A stretch of DNA of 64,000 nucleotides from Corallococcus soli (GCF_014930455.1 NZ_JAAIYO010000008.1:160367-224366); one strand, 5' to 3'. Positions 49,633 through 58,950 are shown, counted from the stretch's first letter. Notes: generated by a model from the letters alone, not told the origin. Numbers and translations are program-made.

Positions 49633-50658
49633 ATGAACGTCCTGGTGACAGGGGGCTGCGGCTTCATCGGCTCCAATCTGGTGAAGTACCTGCGTCGCGA
49701 GCGGCCCGACTGGAAGATCGTCAACCTCGATAAGCTCACCTACGCGGGCAACCTCGAGACGCTCGCGGACCTGGAAGGCGACCCGAAGCACGTCTTCGTG
49801 CGCGGCGACATTGGCAACCGCGAGCTGGTGGAGCACCTGATGGTGCAGCACTCCATCAACGCGGTGATGCACCTGGCGGCGGAGAGCCACGTGGACCGCT
49901 CCATCCTGGGGCCGGAGATCTTCGTCACCACGAACGTGCTGGGCACCCAGCAGCTGCTGGAGGCCAGCCGGGCGCGCGGCGTGAAGCGCTTCCTGATGGT
50001 CTCCACGGACGAGGTGTACGGCTCGCTGGGCCCCACGGGCGCGTTCACGGAAGCCTCGCCCCTGCAGCCGTCCAGCCCGTACTCGGCGTCGAAGACGAGC
50101 TCGGACCTCATCGCGCTGGCGTACCACCACACGTTCAAGATGGACGTGGTGGTGACGCGCTGCTCGAACAACTACGGCCGCTACCAGTTCCCGGAGAAGC
50201 TCATCCCGCTGATGGTGGTGAACGCGCTGCACGACAAGCCGCTGCCCGTCTACGGCGACGGCGCCAACGTGCGCGACTGGCTCCACGTCGAGGACCACTG
50301 CCAGGGTCTGCTCGTGGCGCTGGAGAAGGGCCGGCCGGGCGAGGTCTACAACATCGGCGGCGGCTCCGAGCGTCGCAACATCGAGATCGTCAAGGGCATC
50401 CTGGGCCTGCTGGGCAAGCCCGAGTCGCTCATCCAGTACGTGGCGGATCGCCCCGGGCATGACCGGCGCTACGCCATCGACCCGACGAAGATCCGCACGG
50501 AGCTGGGCTGGAAGGCGAACCACACCTTCGAGCAGGGGCTGGCGGACACGGTGAAGTGGTTCGTGGAGAACCGCGCCTGGTGGGAGCGGGTGACGAGCGG
50601 CGCGTACCGCCAGTACTTCGACACGCAGTACCGGACCCGCCTCCAGGGGCGGGGCTAG
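49633..50658 (+). CDS. rfbB: dTDP-glucose 4,6-dehydratase
   Basis: MNVLVTGGCGFIGSN. YxxxK in YSASKTSSD. High overall RmlB similarity. Confidence 0.9.
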   Translation: MNVLVTGGCGFIGSNLVKYLRRERPDWKIVNLDKLTYAGNLETLADLEGDPKHVFVRGDIGNRELVEHLMVQHSINAVMHLAAESHVDRSILGPEIFVTTNVLGTQQLLEASRARGVKRFLMVSTDEVYGSLGPTGAFTEASPLQPSSPYSASKTSSDLIALAYHHTFKMDVVVTRCSNNYGRYQFPEKLIPLMVVNALHDKPLPVYGDGANVRDWLHVEDHCQGLLVALEKGRPGEVYNIGGGSERRNIEIVKGILGLLGKPESLIQYVADRPGHDRRYAIDPTKIRTELGWKANHTFEQGLADTVKWFVENRAWWERVTSGAYRQYFDTQYRTRLQGRG

Positions 50659-50661
50659 GCC

Positions 50662-51561
50662 ATGCGCCTTCTGGTCACGGGGGCCAACGGCCTGGTGGGC
50701 AGCCGCGTCTGCGTGCTGCTGACGCAGCAGGGGCACGACGTGGTGGGGCTGGGGCGCGGTCCCCGGCGCACGGGCGGGACGCACCGCTACGTGGAGGTGG
50801 ACCTGACGCGTGAGGCGGACGTGGCCGCGGCCATCGCCGCCGCGGCGCCCGAGGTGATCATCCACCCCGCCTCCATGACGGAGGTGGACGCCTGCGAGAA
50901 GGACCCGGAGGCCGCCTTCGCGGCGAACGTCACCGCCACGGCGGCGGTGGCCCGGGGCGCCCGCGCGCTGGGCGCGCACCTGGTGCATGTGTCCACGGAC
51001 TACGTGTTCGACGGGGACGCGGGCCCGTACTCCGAGGACGCCCTGCCGAACCCCAAAGGCGTGTACGCGCTCACCAAGCACATGGCGGAGCAGGCGGCGC
51101 GCACCTTCGTGCCGGGCTGCGCCATCGCGCGCACGGCGGTGGTGTACGGCTGGCCGGCGGCGGGGCGTCCCAACTTCGGCGCCTGGCTGGTGGGCGCGCT
51201 GGAGAAGGGGCAGCCCGTGAAGCTCTTCGAGGACCAGGTGGTGTCCCCGAGCTTCGCGGACAGCGTGGCCGCGATGCTGGCGGAGCTGGGCGTGCGGCGG
51301 CTGGGCGGGGTGTGGAACACCTGCGGCGGCACCGTCATCGACCGGGTGGGGTTTGGCCGGGCGCTGTGCGAGGTGTTCGGCTTCGACGCGTCGCTCATCA
51401 CGCCCACGCGCATGGCGGACCTGAAGCTCGCGAGCCCCCGGCCGCTGCGCAGTGGCCTGACGACGGACAAGGTGCGCGCGGAGCTGGAAGCCAAGCCGCT
51501 GGCGCTGCCCGAATCGCTGGCGCGCTTCCACGCGGCCTGGAAGGCGAACCGTCCCGTTTGA
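50662..51561 (+). CDS. rfbD: dTDP-4-dehydrorhamnose reductase
   Basis: MRLLVTGANGLVGSR, and a YALTKHMAE (YxxxK) motif. RmlD-like. Confidence 0.85.
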   Translation: MRLLVTGANGLVGSRVCVLLTQQGHDVVGLGRGPRRTGGTHRYVEVDLTREADVAAAIAAAAPEVIIHPASMTEVDACEKDPEAAFAANVTATAAVARGARALGAHLVHVSTDYVFDGDAGPYSEDALPNPKGVYALTKHMAEQAARTFVPGCAIARTAVVYGWPAAGRPNFGAWLVGALEKGQPVKLFEDQVVSPSFADSVAAMLAELGVRRLGGVWNTCGGTVIDRVGFGRALCEVFGFDASLITPTRMADLKLASPRPLRSGLTTDKVRAELEAKPLALPESLARFHAAWKANRPV

Positions 51562-51648
51562 TCATCCGCGCGTGGCGGCCGACCGCGCGCATCCCTCCAC
51601 GCGCCCTTCCGGGACTCCGGGACGGGCCGTGGAATGCAAGGAGCATCC

Positions 51649-52530
51649 ATGAAGGGAATCGTTCTCGCGGGCGGCTCGGGCACGCGCCTGTATCCGCTGA
51701 CGCGCGTGGTGAGCAAGCAGCTCTTGCCCGTCTACGACAAGCCGATGATCTACTACCCGGTGACGACGCTGATGCTGGCGGGCATCCGGGAGATCCTCAT
51801 CATCTCCACGCCGCAGGATCTGCCGCGCTTCCGCGAGCTGCTGGGCGACGGTGAGCAGTGGGGCGTGCGCTTCCAATACGCGGAGCAGCCGAAGCCGGAG
51901 GGGCTGGCGCAGGCCTTCGTCATCGGCCGGGACTTCGTGGGCAAGGATCCGGTGTCGCTCATCCTGGGCGACAACATCTTCTACGGCCACGGCATGGGAG
52001 AGCTCACGCAGCGGGCCTCACGGCGCACGCAGGGCGCGACGGTGTTCGGCTACTACGTGAAGGATCCGGAGCGCTACGGCGTGGTGGAGCTCAACGCGCA
52101 GCACCAGGCGGTGAGCATCGAGGAGAAGCCGGCGAAGCCGAAGTCGCACTACGCCGTCACGGGGTTGTACTTCTACGACAACCAGGTGGTGGACATCGCC
52201 GCCAACCTCAAGCCCGGACGGCGCGGTGAGTATGAAATCACCGACGTGAACGCGGAGTACCTGCGGCGCGGTGAGCTCAACGTGGAGCTGATGGGCCGCG
52301 GCTACGCGTGGCTGGACACCGGCACGCACGAGTCGCTGATGCAGGCGTCCAACTACATCGAGATCATCGAGCGCCGGCAGGGCCTCAAGGTCGCGTGTCC
52401 GGAGGAGATCGCCTTCCGCATGGGCTACATCGACGACAAGCAGCTGGCGGCGCTGGCGGCGCCCATGCGCAAGAACGAGTACGGCCAGTACCTGTTGGAT
52501 CTCATCGAGAACCGGGGAGCGGTGTCGTGA
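51649..52530 (+). CDS. rfbA: glucose-1-phosphate thymidylyltransferase
   Basis: [18 protein letters not shown]...[12 protein letters not shown]. RmlA signature. Confidence 0.9.
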   Translation: MKGIVLAGGSGTRLYPLTRVVSKQLLPVYDKPMIYYPVTTLMLAGIREILIISTPQDLPRFRELLGDGEQWGVRFQYAEQPKPEGLAQAFVIGRDFVGKDPVSLILGDNIFYGHGMGELTQRASRRTQGATVFGYYVKDPERYGVVELNAQHQAVSIEEKPAKPKSHYAVTGLYFYDNQVVDIAANLKPGRRGEYEITDVNAEYLRRGELNVELMGRGYAWLDTGTHESLMQASNYIEIIERRQGLKVACPEEIAFRMGYIDDKQLAALAAPMRKNEYGQYLLDLIENRGAVS

Positions 52531-53072
52531 AGGTCACCCCCCTGGAGCTTCCCGAAGTCCTCCTGTTGGAGCCGAAGGTGTTCGGCGACGACCGGGGCTT
52601 CTTCCTCGAGTCCTACAACGCGAAGCGCTACGCGGACGCGGGCATCCCCGGCCCCTTCGTGCAGGACAACCTGTCCCGCTCCGTGAAGGGCACCCTCCGG
52701 GGGCTGCACTTCCAGGAGCCGAACGCGCAGGGCAAGCTGGTGCAGTGCCTGGCGGGCGCGGTGTGGGACGTGGCGGTGGACGTGCGGCGCGGGTCGCCCA
52801 CGTTCGGCCGCTGGGTGGCCGCGGAGCTGTCGTTCGAGAACAAGCGGCAGCTGTGGGTGCCGCCGGGCTTCGCGCACGGCTTCTGCGTGCTGAGCGACTC
52901 CGCGGACTTCTTCTACAAGTGCACCGCGCTATACTCCCCGGAGACCGAGCGCAGCGTGCACTGGAATGATCCGGACCTGGCCATCCCGTGGCCGGTGAGC
53001 GCGCCGCTGCTGTCGGGCAAGGATCAGCAGGCGCCCCGGTTGAAGGACGCCCCCGTCCTGCCCATTTTCTGA
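52527..53072 (+). CDS. rfbC: dTDP-4-dehydrorhamnose 3,5-epimerase
   Basis: Cupin RmlC motifs (FFLESYN...RGLHFQ...[18 protein letters not shown]). GTG overlaps the rfbA stop (GTGA). Confidence 0.9.
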   Translation: MKVTPLELPEVLLLEPKVFGDDRGFFLESYNAKRYADAGIPGPFVQDNLSRSVKGTLRGLHFQEPNAQGKLVQCLAGAVWDVAVDVRRGSPTFGRWVAAELSFENKRQLWVPPGFAHGFCVLSDSADFFYKCTALYSPETERSVHWNDPDLAIPWPVSAPLLSGKDQQAPRLKDAPVLPIF

Positions 53073-53118
53073 CGCTGCGCTGACGCCTGGAGCAGGCGGG
53101 CAGGCGTGAAGCCGGGGC

Positions 53119-54309
53119 TTGCCGTTCTGGACCTCCTGCGCGGTCAGCAGGCAGGGGGGCAGGCCCCGTCCATGGGGAGGAAGCCAGTCAGGGGATGGAA
53201 TGCCCAATCTCCTCCGAGCGGTCGCGTCGTACCTCGGAGGAGACGGCATGGTTTTGCCCGGCAAGGGAATGAGTTGGAAGGAGTTCTTCAAGTCCCTCAA
53301 GGCCGAGTGGGGGCGGGACAACGTGGGCAACGTGGCGGGGGCGCTGACGTTCCAGGGCATCCTCGCGCTGTTCCCGTTCCTGCTGTTCCTCGTGTCGCTT
53401 GCGGGCGTGCTGATTGATCCGCGTCAGGCGCAGCTGCTCATCCAGGAGCTGTCGCGCGTGGCGCCCCAGGAGGTGACGAAGATCCTGGGCGAGCGCCTGG
53501 AGGCGCTGGCGAACAGCAACCCGGTGGGGCTGCTGACCATCGGTGGTGTGGGCGCCATCTGGGCGGCGTCGGGCGGCATCGTGGGGCTGATGGAGGCGCT
53601 CAACACGGTGTACGGCGTGGAGGAGAAGCGCCCGTTCTGGAAGAAGCGGGGCATCGCGCTCCTGACGACGCTGGGTACAGCGGTGGTCGCGGTGCTGGCG
53701 GCCATCGTCGCGGTCGTCACGCCGGCGGTGGCGAACAAGCTGGGCGAGCCGCTGGGGACGGTCGTCATGTGGCTGCGCCTGCCGGTGGCCGGGTTCCTGA
53801 TGATGTGCCTTTGGGCCGTGCTGTACTACGCGCTGCCGGACGTGAAGCAGAAGTTCAAGTTCATCACGCCGGGCTCGGTGGTGGGCGTGCTCATCTGGGT
53901 GGCCGCGTCGTGGGCGTTCTCCATGTACGTGGCGAACTTCGGCTCGTACGACGTGAACTACGGCGCCATCGGCGGCGTCATCGTGCTCCTTCTGTGGATG
54001 TGGATCTCCGCGCAGGTCATCCTGCTGGGCGCGGAGATCAACGGCATCCTGGAGCACAAGTCGCCGGACGGTAAGTCGCCGGGGCAGCGCGATCCGGACC
54101 AGGCCGGGGCGAACGTGACGAAGTCGGAGGCGGAGGCGGAGGGCGCGGACCTGCCCGGCGCCACCGACTTCCGACCCAAGCCGCCGGTGCCGCCGTACAG
54201 CACGGCGCCGGTGCCGCTGAGCAAGACGCCCCTGGCGGCGGCGGCGAAGGTGGCCGCGGGCGTGGGCCTGGGCGTGTTCCTGATGCGCCGCAAGTCCCCG
54301 GTGCGGTAG
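53119..54309 (+). CDS. YihY/BrkB-family inner membrane protein
   Basis: LTFQGILALFPFLLFLVSLAG and six TM helices typical of the YihY/virulence factor BrkB family. The start may be one of the internal Met codons. Confidence 0.8.
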   Translation: MPFWTSCAVSRQGGRPRPWGGSQSGDGMPNLLRAVASYLGGDGMVLPGKGMSWKEFFKSLKAEWGRDNVGNVAGALTFQGILALFPFLLFLVSLAGVLIDPRQAQLLIQELSRVAPQEVTKILGERLEALANSNPVGLLTIGGVGAIWAASGGIVGLMEALNTVYGVEEKRPFWKKRGIALLTTLGTAVVAVLAAIVAVVTPAVANKLGEPLGTVVMWLRLPVAGFLMMCLWAVLYYALPDVKQKFKFITPGSVVGVLIWVAASWAFSMYVANFGSYDVNYGAIGGVIVLLLWMWISAQVILLGAEINGILEHKSPDGKSPGQRDPDQAGANVTKSEAEAEGADLPGATDFRPKPPVPPYSTAPVPLSKTPLAAAAKVAAGVGLGVFLMRRKSPVR

Positions 54310-54372
54310 GGCCTGGGACACGGTGCCTGACGACGGCGGGCGGTCTCCTCGCGGAGGCCGCCCGTTGGCGTT

Positions 54373-54861
54373 TCAGGGCAGGGGCGTGGTGACGTAGTCC
54401 TTCCCGTCCGAGTGACAGCCGTGGCAGGTGTCGTGGGCGCGGCCGTAGTAGTTGTTGTCGTAGTTCGGGGCGAAGCCCTCGTAGAAGAGCCAGGTGTCCT
54501 TGCCGGCCCCGTCGGCGATCTTCACGTCCAGCGCGTGGCCCCGGAGGGTCTTGCCGTCGCTTTCGAACATCTCCTTGACGAGGATGCTCCCCACCGGGTG
54601 CGTGGCATTGCCATCGCGCAGCGAGCCCACGACGCGATCATTGAAGAAGACGCGGACCTTGCTGCCGTGGGGGGCGCGGGTCTCGTGGACGGTGGGCTCC
54701 GCGAGCCACGACTTGTAGCGACCGGAGCGCACGAAGTCGGTGATGCCCTGCTCGGAGGTGTCGAGTTCCTCGACGACGCCCAGGCCTTCGTCCACCGACG
54801 ATGAGGGGCCACAGGCGCTGGTGAGCAGCAGGACGGAGGTCAGCAGGAGGCGTGGGTGCAT
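54373..54861 (-). CDS. lipoprotein with a C-terminal CXXCH heme-binding motif (cytochrome P460 / c'-beta-like)
   Basis: Signal/lipobox (MHPRLLLTSVLLLTSAC). A single CHGCH motif near the C-terminus. ~160-aa size. Confidence 0.5.
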   Translation of the reverse strand: MHPRLLLTSVLLLTSACGPSSSVDEGLGVVEELDTSEQGITDFVRSGRYKSWLAEPTVHETRAPHGSKVRVFFNDRVVGSLRDGNATHPVGSILVKEMFESDGKTLRGHALDVKIADGAGKDTWLFYEGFAPNYDNNYYGRAHDTCHGCHSDGKDYVTTPLP

Positions 54862-54905
54862 TCCTGCGTTACGCGCGTGCGCCCGGTGGGGTTACGGGGA
54901 GCTGC

Positions 54906-55535
54906 TCAATGCTCTGAATAGGTGTGGGAGAGGAAGAAGGTCAGCGAGGTGACCGCCTCGGGGATGTCGATCTCGAACCAGCCCCGGTTCAGGTCCGCGG
55001 GGGTGACCTGGTAGTGGATGGTGCCGAATTCGTCGTCGAGGGAGAAGTCATCGACGTCGAAGATGGAGATCTCGATGGGGTTCTTGAGGAGGTTGGAGGA
55101 CACCACCTCACAGCTCCCCGAGGACCACCGGGGCTCTAGGCTCTGGACGGTTTCGGTCCGGGAGCGCTCGGGGGCGGAAGGGCAGCGCATCTCGACGACG
55201 ACATCCGGCGGTGAGCCATCCAGGTCCCAATCCGGATCCTCCTCGTCCCAGGGGTTGAAATCGAGGATGGAGGCCCGGATGGGCTGCACCTGCGTCCGCA
55301 TCACGCCCACGACGCAGCTCTGCCGCTGCAGGTGACAGACGGAGCCGCTGGCGCAGCCCTCACACGCGGCACCGCCCCTGAGTCCGCAGGCGTCGTCGCG
55401 CTGCTCGCGGATGCACTCGGCCTCCGCGGTGCAGCACCCGTCCCGGCAGTTGTCCGGGGTGCACTCCGAGGGCCCACAGGCAGGGAGCAACAGCGCGCAG
55501 GTCAGGGCGAGGAGGACGGAGGCGAGTCGATTCAT
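54906..55535 (-). CDS. cysteine-rich lipoprotein (Myxococcus-type Cys-rich repeats)
   Basis: Signal/lipobox (MNRLASVLLALTCALLLPAC). 16 Cys residues in the first ~60 mature residues. Confidence 0.5.
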   Translation of the reverse strand: MNRLASVLLALTCALLLPACGPSECTPDNCRDGCCTAEAECIREQRDDACGLRGGAACEGCASGSVCHLQRQSCVVGVMRTQVQPIRASILDFNPWDEEDPDWDLDGSPPDVVVEMRCPSAPERSRTETVQSLEPRWSSGSCEVVSSNLLKNPIEISIFDVDDFSLDDEFGTIHYQVTPADLNRGWFEIDIPEAVTSLTFFLSHTYSEH

Positions 55536-55549
55536 GACGGTTCAGGGAC

Positions 55550-56377
55550 TCACTTACTCCAACGCAGCAGCTTCGCGCGAGCCGTGTCGGAAAGTTGGGT
55601 CACCACGAACTGTTCGAGCAGTGAGGGATCCGGCTCCTTGCGCACGGGCTCCACCATGAAGTCCCAGGTCTCGAAGTCGTCCGCGTCTTGGAACAGGATC
55701 AGTCCCACCCCCATGCGCTGCGCCTCCGACGTGAGCCGAGCGATGTCCGAGTCGTCGGGGTTCTCCGGCGTCTCGAACAGCGCGAAGGCATGCGTAGCCG
55801 TTCTCGCGTGCGCGGCGGCCTCGAAGACGCCGGTGATGTTGAACTGCCAGCTCGGCTTGATTTCGAAGGTCCAGATGTCGAAGGTGCGGCCGGGCCAGTG
55901 GGTGAAGGTCCGCATGCTGATGGCGGTGATGTCGGGGCGGGTCCACACGCCCCCTGTCTTCTTCCCGCCCTGGTTCGCGGTGATCTCGATGTGGAAGTCG
56001 TGCAGCCCGCGCTCCTTCGTCCACTTCTCGTGCAGCACTTCCAGGCACGGGGCGTAGAGGTCGGCCTCCGCTCCCTCTTTGGGCTCGGGAGGAACCTCCA
56101 CGATGCTGCCGGTGAAGGGGTTCGTGTCGGAGGGTTTGATCTCCTTGACGATGTTGACGCTGCCGCCGCGCCCCCGGCCGCGGAGGATCTGTCCATCCTC
56201 GATGAGCTTTTCGCGCAGCCGCCAGTACTCGGATTCAGACCAACCCAACTCATTCATCAGGCTGGTGTTGCCGGAAGAGCCCCCGTTCGCGATCAAGACC
56301 TCGAGGAACTTCCGGCGCTGGGCTTCATCAATGGGGCGTCCTGCCATGGAAATGTCTCCTTGCGCTGGCTGCATCAA
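55550..56377 (-). CDS. winged-helix + PD-(D/E)xK nuclease-like protein (candidate effector of a two-gene cassette)
   Basis: N-terminal wHTH-like segment (RRKFLEVLIANGGSSGNTSLMNELGWSESEYWRLREKLIEDGQILRG). C-terminal half has the D...PD...ExK pattern (DFHIEI...RPDITAI...FEIKPS). Its ATG overlaps the upstream gene's stop (ATGA). GC is lower than the flanks. Confidence 0.55.
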   Translation of the reverse strand: MMQPAQGDISMAGRPIDEAQRRKFLEVLIANGGSSGNTSLMNELGWSESEYWRLREKLIEDGQILRGRGRGGSVNIVKEIKPSDTNPFTGSIVEVPPEPKEGAEADLYAPCLEVLHEKWTKERGLHDFHIEITANQGGKKTGGVWTRPDITAISMRTFTHWPGRTFDIWTFEIKPSWQFNITGVFEAAAHARTATHAFALFETPENPDDSDIARLTSEAQRMGVGLILFQDADDFETWDFMVEPVRKEPDPSLLEQFVVTQLSDTARAKLLRWSK

Positions 56378-57936
56378 GCCACAGCCCGGATGGATTTGCT
56401 TCGCTCCTCCTCCAGGAGCGCCAATGTCTTGCGGTACTCCGCAGCTTCCGCGAGCTGGGTCAGCTCGAACTCACCGTGGTGCTTGCGGACAGCCGTGGCG
56501 ATCTCCTCCAGGCTGACGCGGAAGAACTCCTTGCGCTCATTGATGCGATTGACGCGCCGGTCCGTGAACGTGCGGTGCAACGCGCTCTCCAGTGCGGGTG
56601 CATCCGAGGTCCGGATGATGGCGTGGACGTCGAACTCGAAGGGGACGGAGGCATCTCCCAGCTCGTCGATGCGGTCCTGCGGCACCAGCCGTCGCGTCAT
56701 GCCCAGCTTGTAGACGCCCTCTCCGAACGAGCCGATGTTGGAGATGACGTAGACGTGCCCCGTCCGCGTGAGCTGCGCCTGGGAGATGGCCCGCTGCTTC
56801 TCCAGGTCTTCGGCCACCCTCCGCTCCAGCTCCGCGATGCGCTCCAGCATCCGCTGCTGCTCGGGGCCCTTGGCCTTTTCGTAGTCCAGCCGGGCCCGGG
56901 CCAGGGCCTCCGCATCGCGCTTCGCTTCACGCTCTGCTTCCAGCTTCGCCTTCTCCAGCTCTCGCTGGGCGGCTTCCTCCTCCCGCATCTGCTCCCGGAT
57001 GCGGCGCTGCTCGTCTCGTTCTCGCTGAAGTCGCTCCGCGTACTCATAGGCCAACCGCAATTCATCTGACTTGAGTGAGACGTAGCTGCTCGCGATGGTG
57101 CAGTGTTGTGAATTCGTTAGATCATTGATTGCGTCCGCTGCCTTTTTGAGGCGAGCTTCCATCGTCTTGATGTTTTTATAGGTCACCTTGGCGATGCAGG
57201 CGTCAGCCTCGCCGTTGAAGGCTCTGAGCATCAGCTTCAGTGTGCGATCAATCTGCTTCTTGCCTTCGGCTTTGCTGCCGTTGACCTCCCATTGGATGGC
57301 GCACGTTGCTGCCTGTTTGTTCTGCAACATGGACTTCTGTGACTTACGAATCTCGTCCAGGCGCGACTCATATTCGGCCACGGTGGAGAAGGCATAGACT
57401 GGCTTGTAGAAGGCGCAGGCCAGTAGGATGGTTTCCTCATCCAGAGGGCGAAGCTGTTCGCGCAGTCGTACGATGGATTCTTCCAGCTCGTGGCATTCCA
57501 TGCGCAGTTGCTGGCGTTTTGCCTCTGCATCTGCAACGGAGCGCGCGGCGGCCACGGTTGCCCGCGATGCATCTTCGTGCATGCGGTGACAGGCTGCGGC
57601 AACTTGCTTCCGCTCGACAGCGATGGCTCGTGATGAATCCGCTTTCGCTCGAGCGAGGTGGGCTTCCAATCGCGCTTGTTCGTCCAGCCGTTCCCTGGCA
57701 GCTGCGTTGCGGGATTGAGCCAATTCCTGGGCTGCGCGATGTCGCTCGGTCTCAAGTGCAGCCGTCGCGGCCTCTTGCGTCAGAGCAATGGCATCCTTGA
57801 GCCGTCGCTGTTCGGCCTCCAGATCCACAATGGGCCTGAATCGCTCCTGTTCGGCCCGTAGCTCGCGCCTCGTCCGGCTCGCCACTCCCGCGAGAATCAG
57901 GACCAACAATCCCAGCCCGATGGCAACGATCGACAT
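56374..57936 (-). CDS. DUF4041-like membrane-anchored coiled-coil protein with a C-terminal T5orf172 (GIY-YIG-superfamily) domain
   Basis: N-terminal TM helix (IVAIGLGLLVLILAGVA), ~150-aa coiled coil, a DUF4041-like middle region, and a C-terminal GHVYVISNIGSFGEGVYKLGMTRR...PFEFDVHAII...EFF domain. Markedly lower GC (~53%) around 57.05-57.55 kb. Confidence 0.7.
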   Translation of the reverse strand: MSIVAIGLGLLVLILAGVASRTRRELRAEQERFRPIVDLEAEQRRLKDAIALTQEAATAALETERHRAAQELAQSRNAAARERLDEQARLEAHLARAKADSSRAIAVERKQVAAACHRMHEDASRATVAAARSVADAEAKRQQLRMECHELEESIVRLREQLRPLDEETILLACAFYKPVYAFSTVAEYESRLDEIRKSQKSMLQNKQAATCAIQWEVNGSKAEGKKQIDRTLKLMLRAFNGEADACIAKVTYKNIKTMEARLKKAADAINDLTNSQHCTIASSYVSLKSDELRLAYEYAERLQRERDEQRRIREQMREEEAAQRELEKAKLEAEREAKRDAEALARARLDYEKAKGPEQQRMLERIAELERRVAEDLEKQRAISQAQLTRTGHVYVISNIGSFGEGVYKLGMTRRLVPQDRIDELGDASVPFEFDVHAIIRTSDAPALESALHRTFTDRRVNRINERKEFFRVSLEEIATAVRKHHGEFELTQLAEAAEYRKTLALLEEERSKSIRAVA

Positions 57937-57963
57937 GGCGTTCCCCCACCGCAGCGGGAAAGT

Positions 57964-58242
57964 CTAGTTCAGGCACTCAGCGAACGCATCTGCCCCTCGG
58001 CGGGAGGGTCTTCGCGGACCACCACGGGCAGCTCTGCCGCCTGTTCTTCCCGTAACAGCGTGTCCACGCGCGCGATGGTTGCTCAGCCGCTCGAAGATGA
58101 GGCCGGGGAGTTCATCCACCAGCCGCAGCGACGTCCTGGCGGTGTGCCGAAAGTGGAGGAGCCGGTTGGACGCGCTCAGGTCCAGGAGCCGCGTGCGCTG
58201 CCGTTCAAGCTCCTTCAGCAGGGCCGGATCTTGTGGAGTCAT
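57964..58242 (-). pseudogene. N-terminal remnant of a DUF4011-type superfamily-1 helicase gene (truncated/frameshifted)
   Basis: LLDLSASNRLLHFRHTARTSLRLVDELPGLIFERL is the characteristic N-terminus of DUF4011 helicase-nuclease proteins. The ORF then degenerates and stops after 92 codons, abutting the start of the DUF4041 gene. Confidence 0.5.
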
Positions 58243-58384
58243 CGGTGCGTGCCCCTCCCCGGGCCGTCACGGGAGGGCGACCTGGCACGCATTGTTCTGA
58301 CGCATTCCGCAGGGTGGGGGCATTCCCCGAGAGGGGTATGGACACGCCACGGAATTCAGCGTGGCGACGTCAGGGCCCGATGAC

Positions 58385-58852
58385 TCAGTCGCAGTTTTCA
58401 AACACCAGGATGCCTGGGCCGTACGGGGTCAGCACGGGGACCCAGGCCTCGGTGACTTCATCCAGGCGCTCCCGGTCCAGGGCCAGGTGGAGTCTCTCTC
58501 CCAAGACCTGATCGGGGTGGGTCGCGTGCCACATCGGAACGCGGCTGATGAGGAGGGCCAGTCGCTCGAAGTGCGAGGGCGTCCAGACCTCACGCATGTA
58601 GGGATGGCCCCGGAACCCTTTCTTGAAGAAGTCGAAGAGCGCGTGCTCCACGTTGAACACTTCATCGTCGTCTGGATCCAGACTCAAATCGACGGAATGG
58701 AGCGGAACAAAGAAGCCCTCTGCCCACCGCATTTCGTTCAGGTGCCCATCGCACTGGTTCCCATACATCACACCCGTGGGGGCCTGGACGATGGCGCCAA
58801 GCCCAAAGGGCCGCAGGCCATCCGGGTTCAAGAAGACATAGTGGGGCGCCAT
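58385..58852 (-). CDS. hypothetical protein (unknown function)
   Basis: 155-aa clean ORF with a non-random composition (W/F/Y/H-rich: MAPHYVFLNPDG...HPYMREVWTPSHFERLALL). GC ~60%, below the flanks. No recognisable motif. Confidence 0.45.
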   Translation of the reverse strand: MAPHYVFLNPDGLRPFGLGAIVQAPTGVMYGNQCDGHLNEMRWAEGFFVPLHSVDLSLDPDDDEVFNVEHALFDFFKKGFRGHPYMREVWTPSHFERLALLISRVPMWHATHPDQVLGERLHLALDRERLDEVTEAWVPVLTPYGPGILVFENCD

Positions 58853-58877
58853 GGCTCCCTCCTCGTAGCACTTCAAG

Positions 58878-58925
58878 CCCACGAAAATCGCCGCCTCGCT
58901 TCCGGAAGTACCGGAGGCGGGCGGC
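58878..58925 (-). terminator. rho-independent terminator downstream of the ABC-F gene
   Basis: Imperfect GC-rich hairpin (CCGCCTCGCTTCCGG-AAGTA-CCGGAGGCGGGCGG) followed on the minus strand by ATTTTCG. Confidence 0.45.
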
Positions 58926-58950
58926 GATGGGCCCTTCGCTTGAACGAGGC

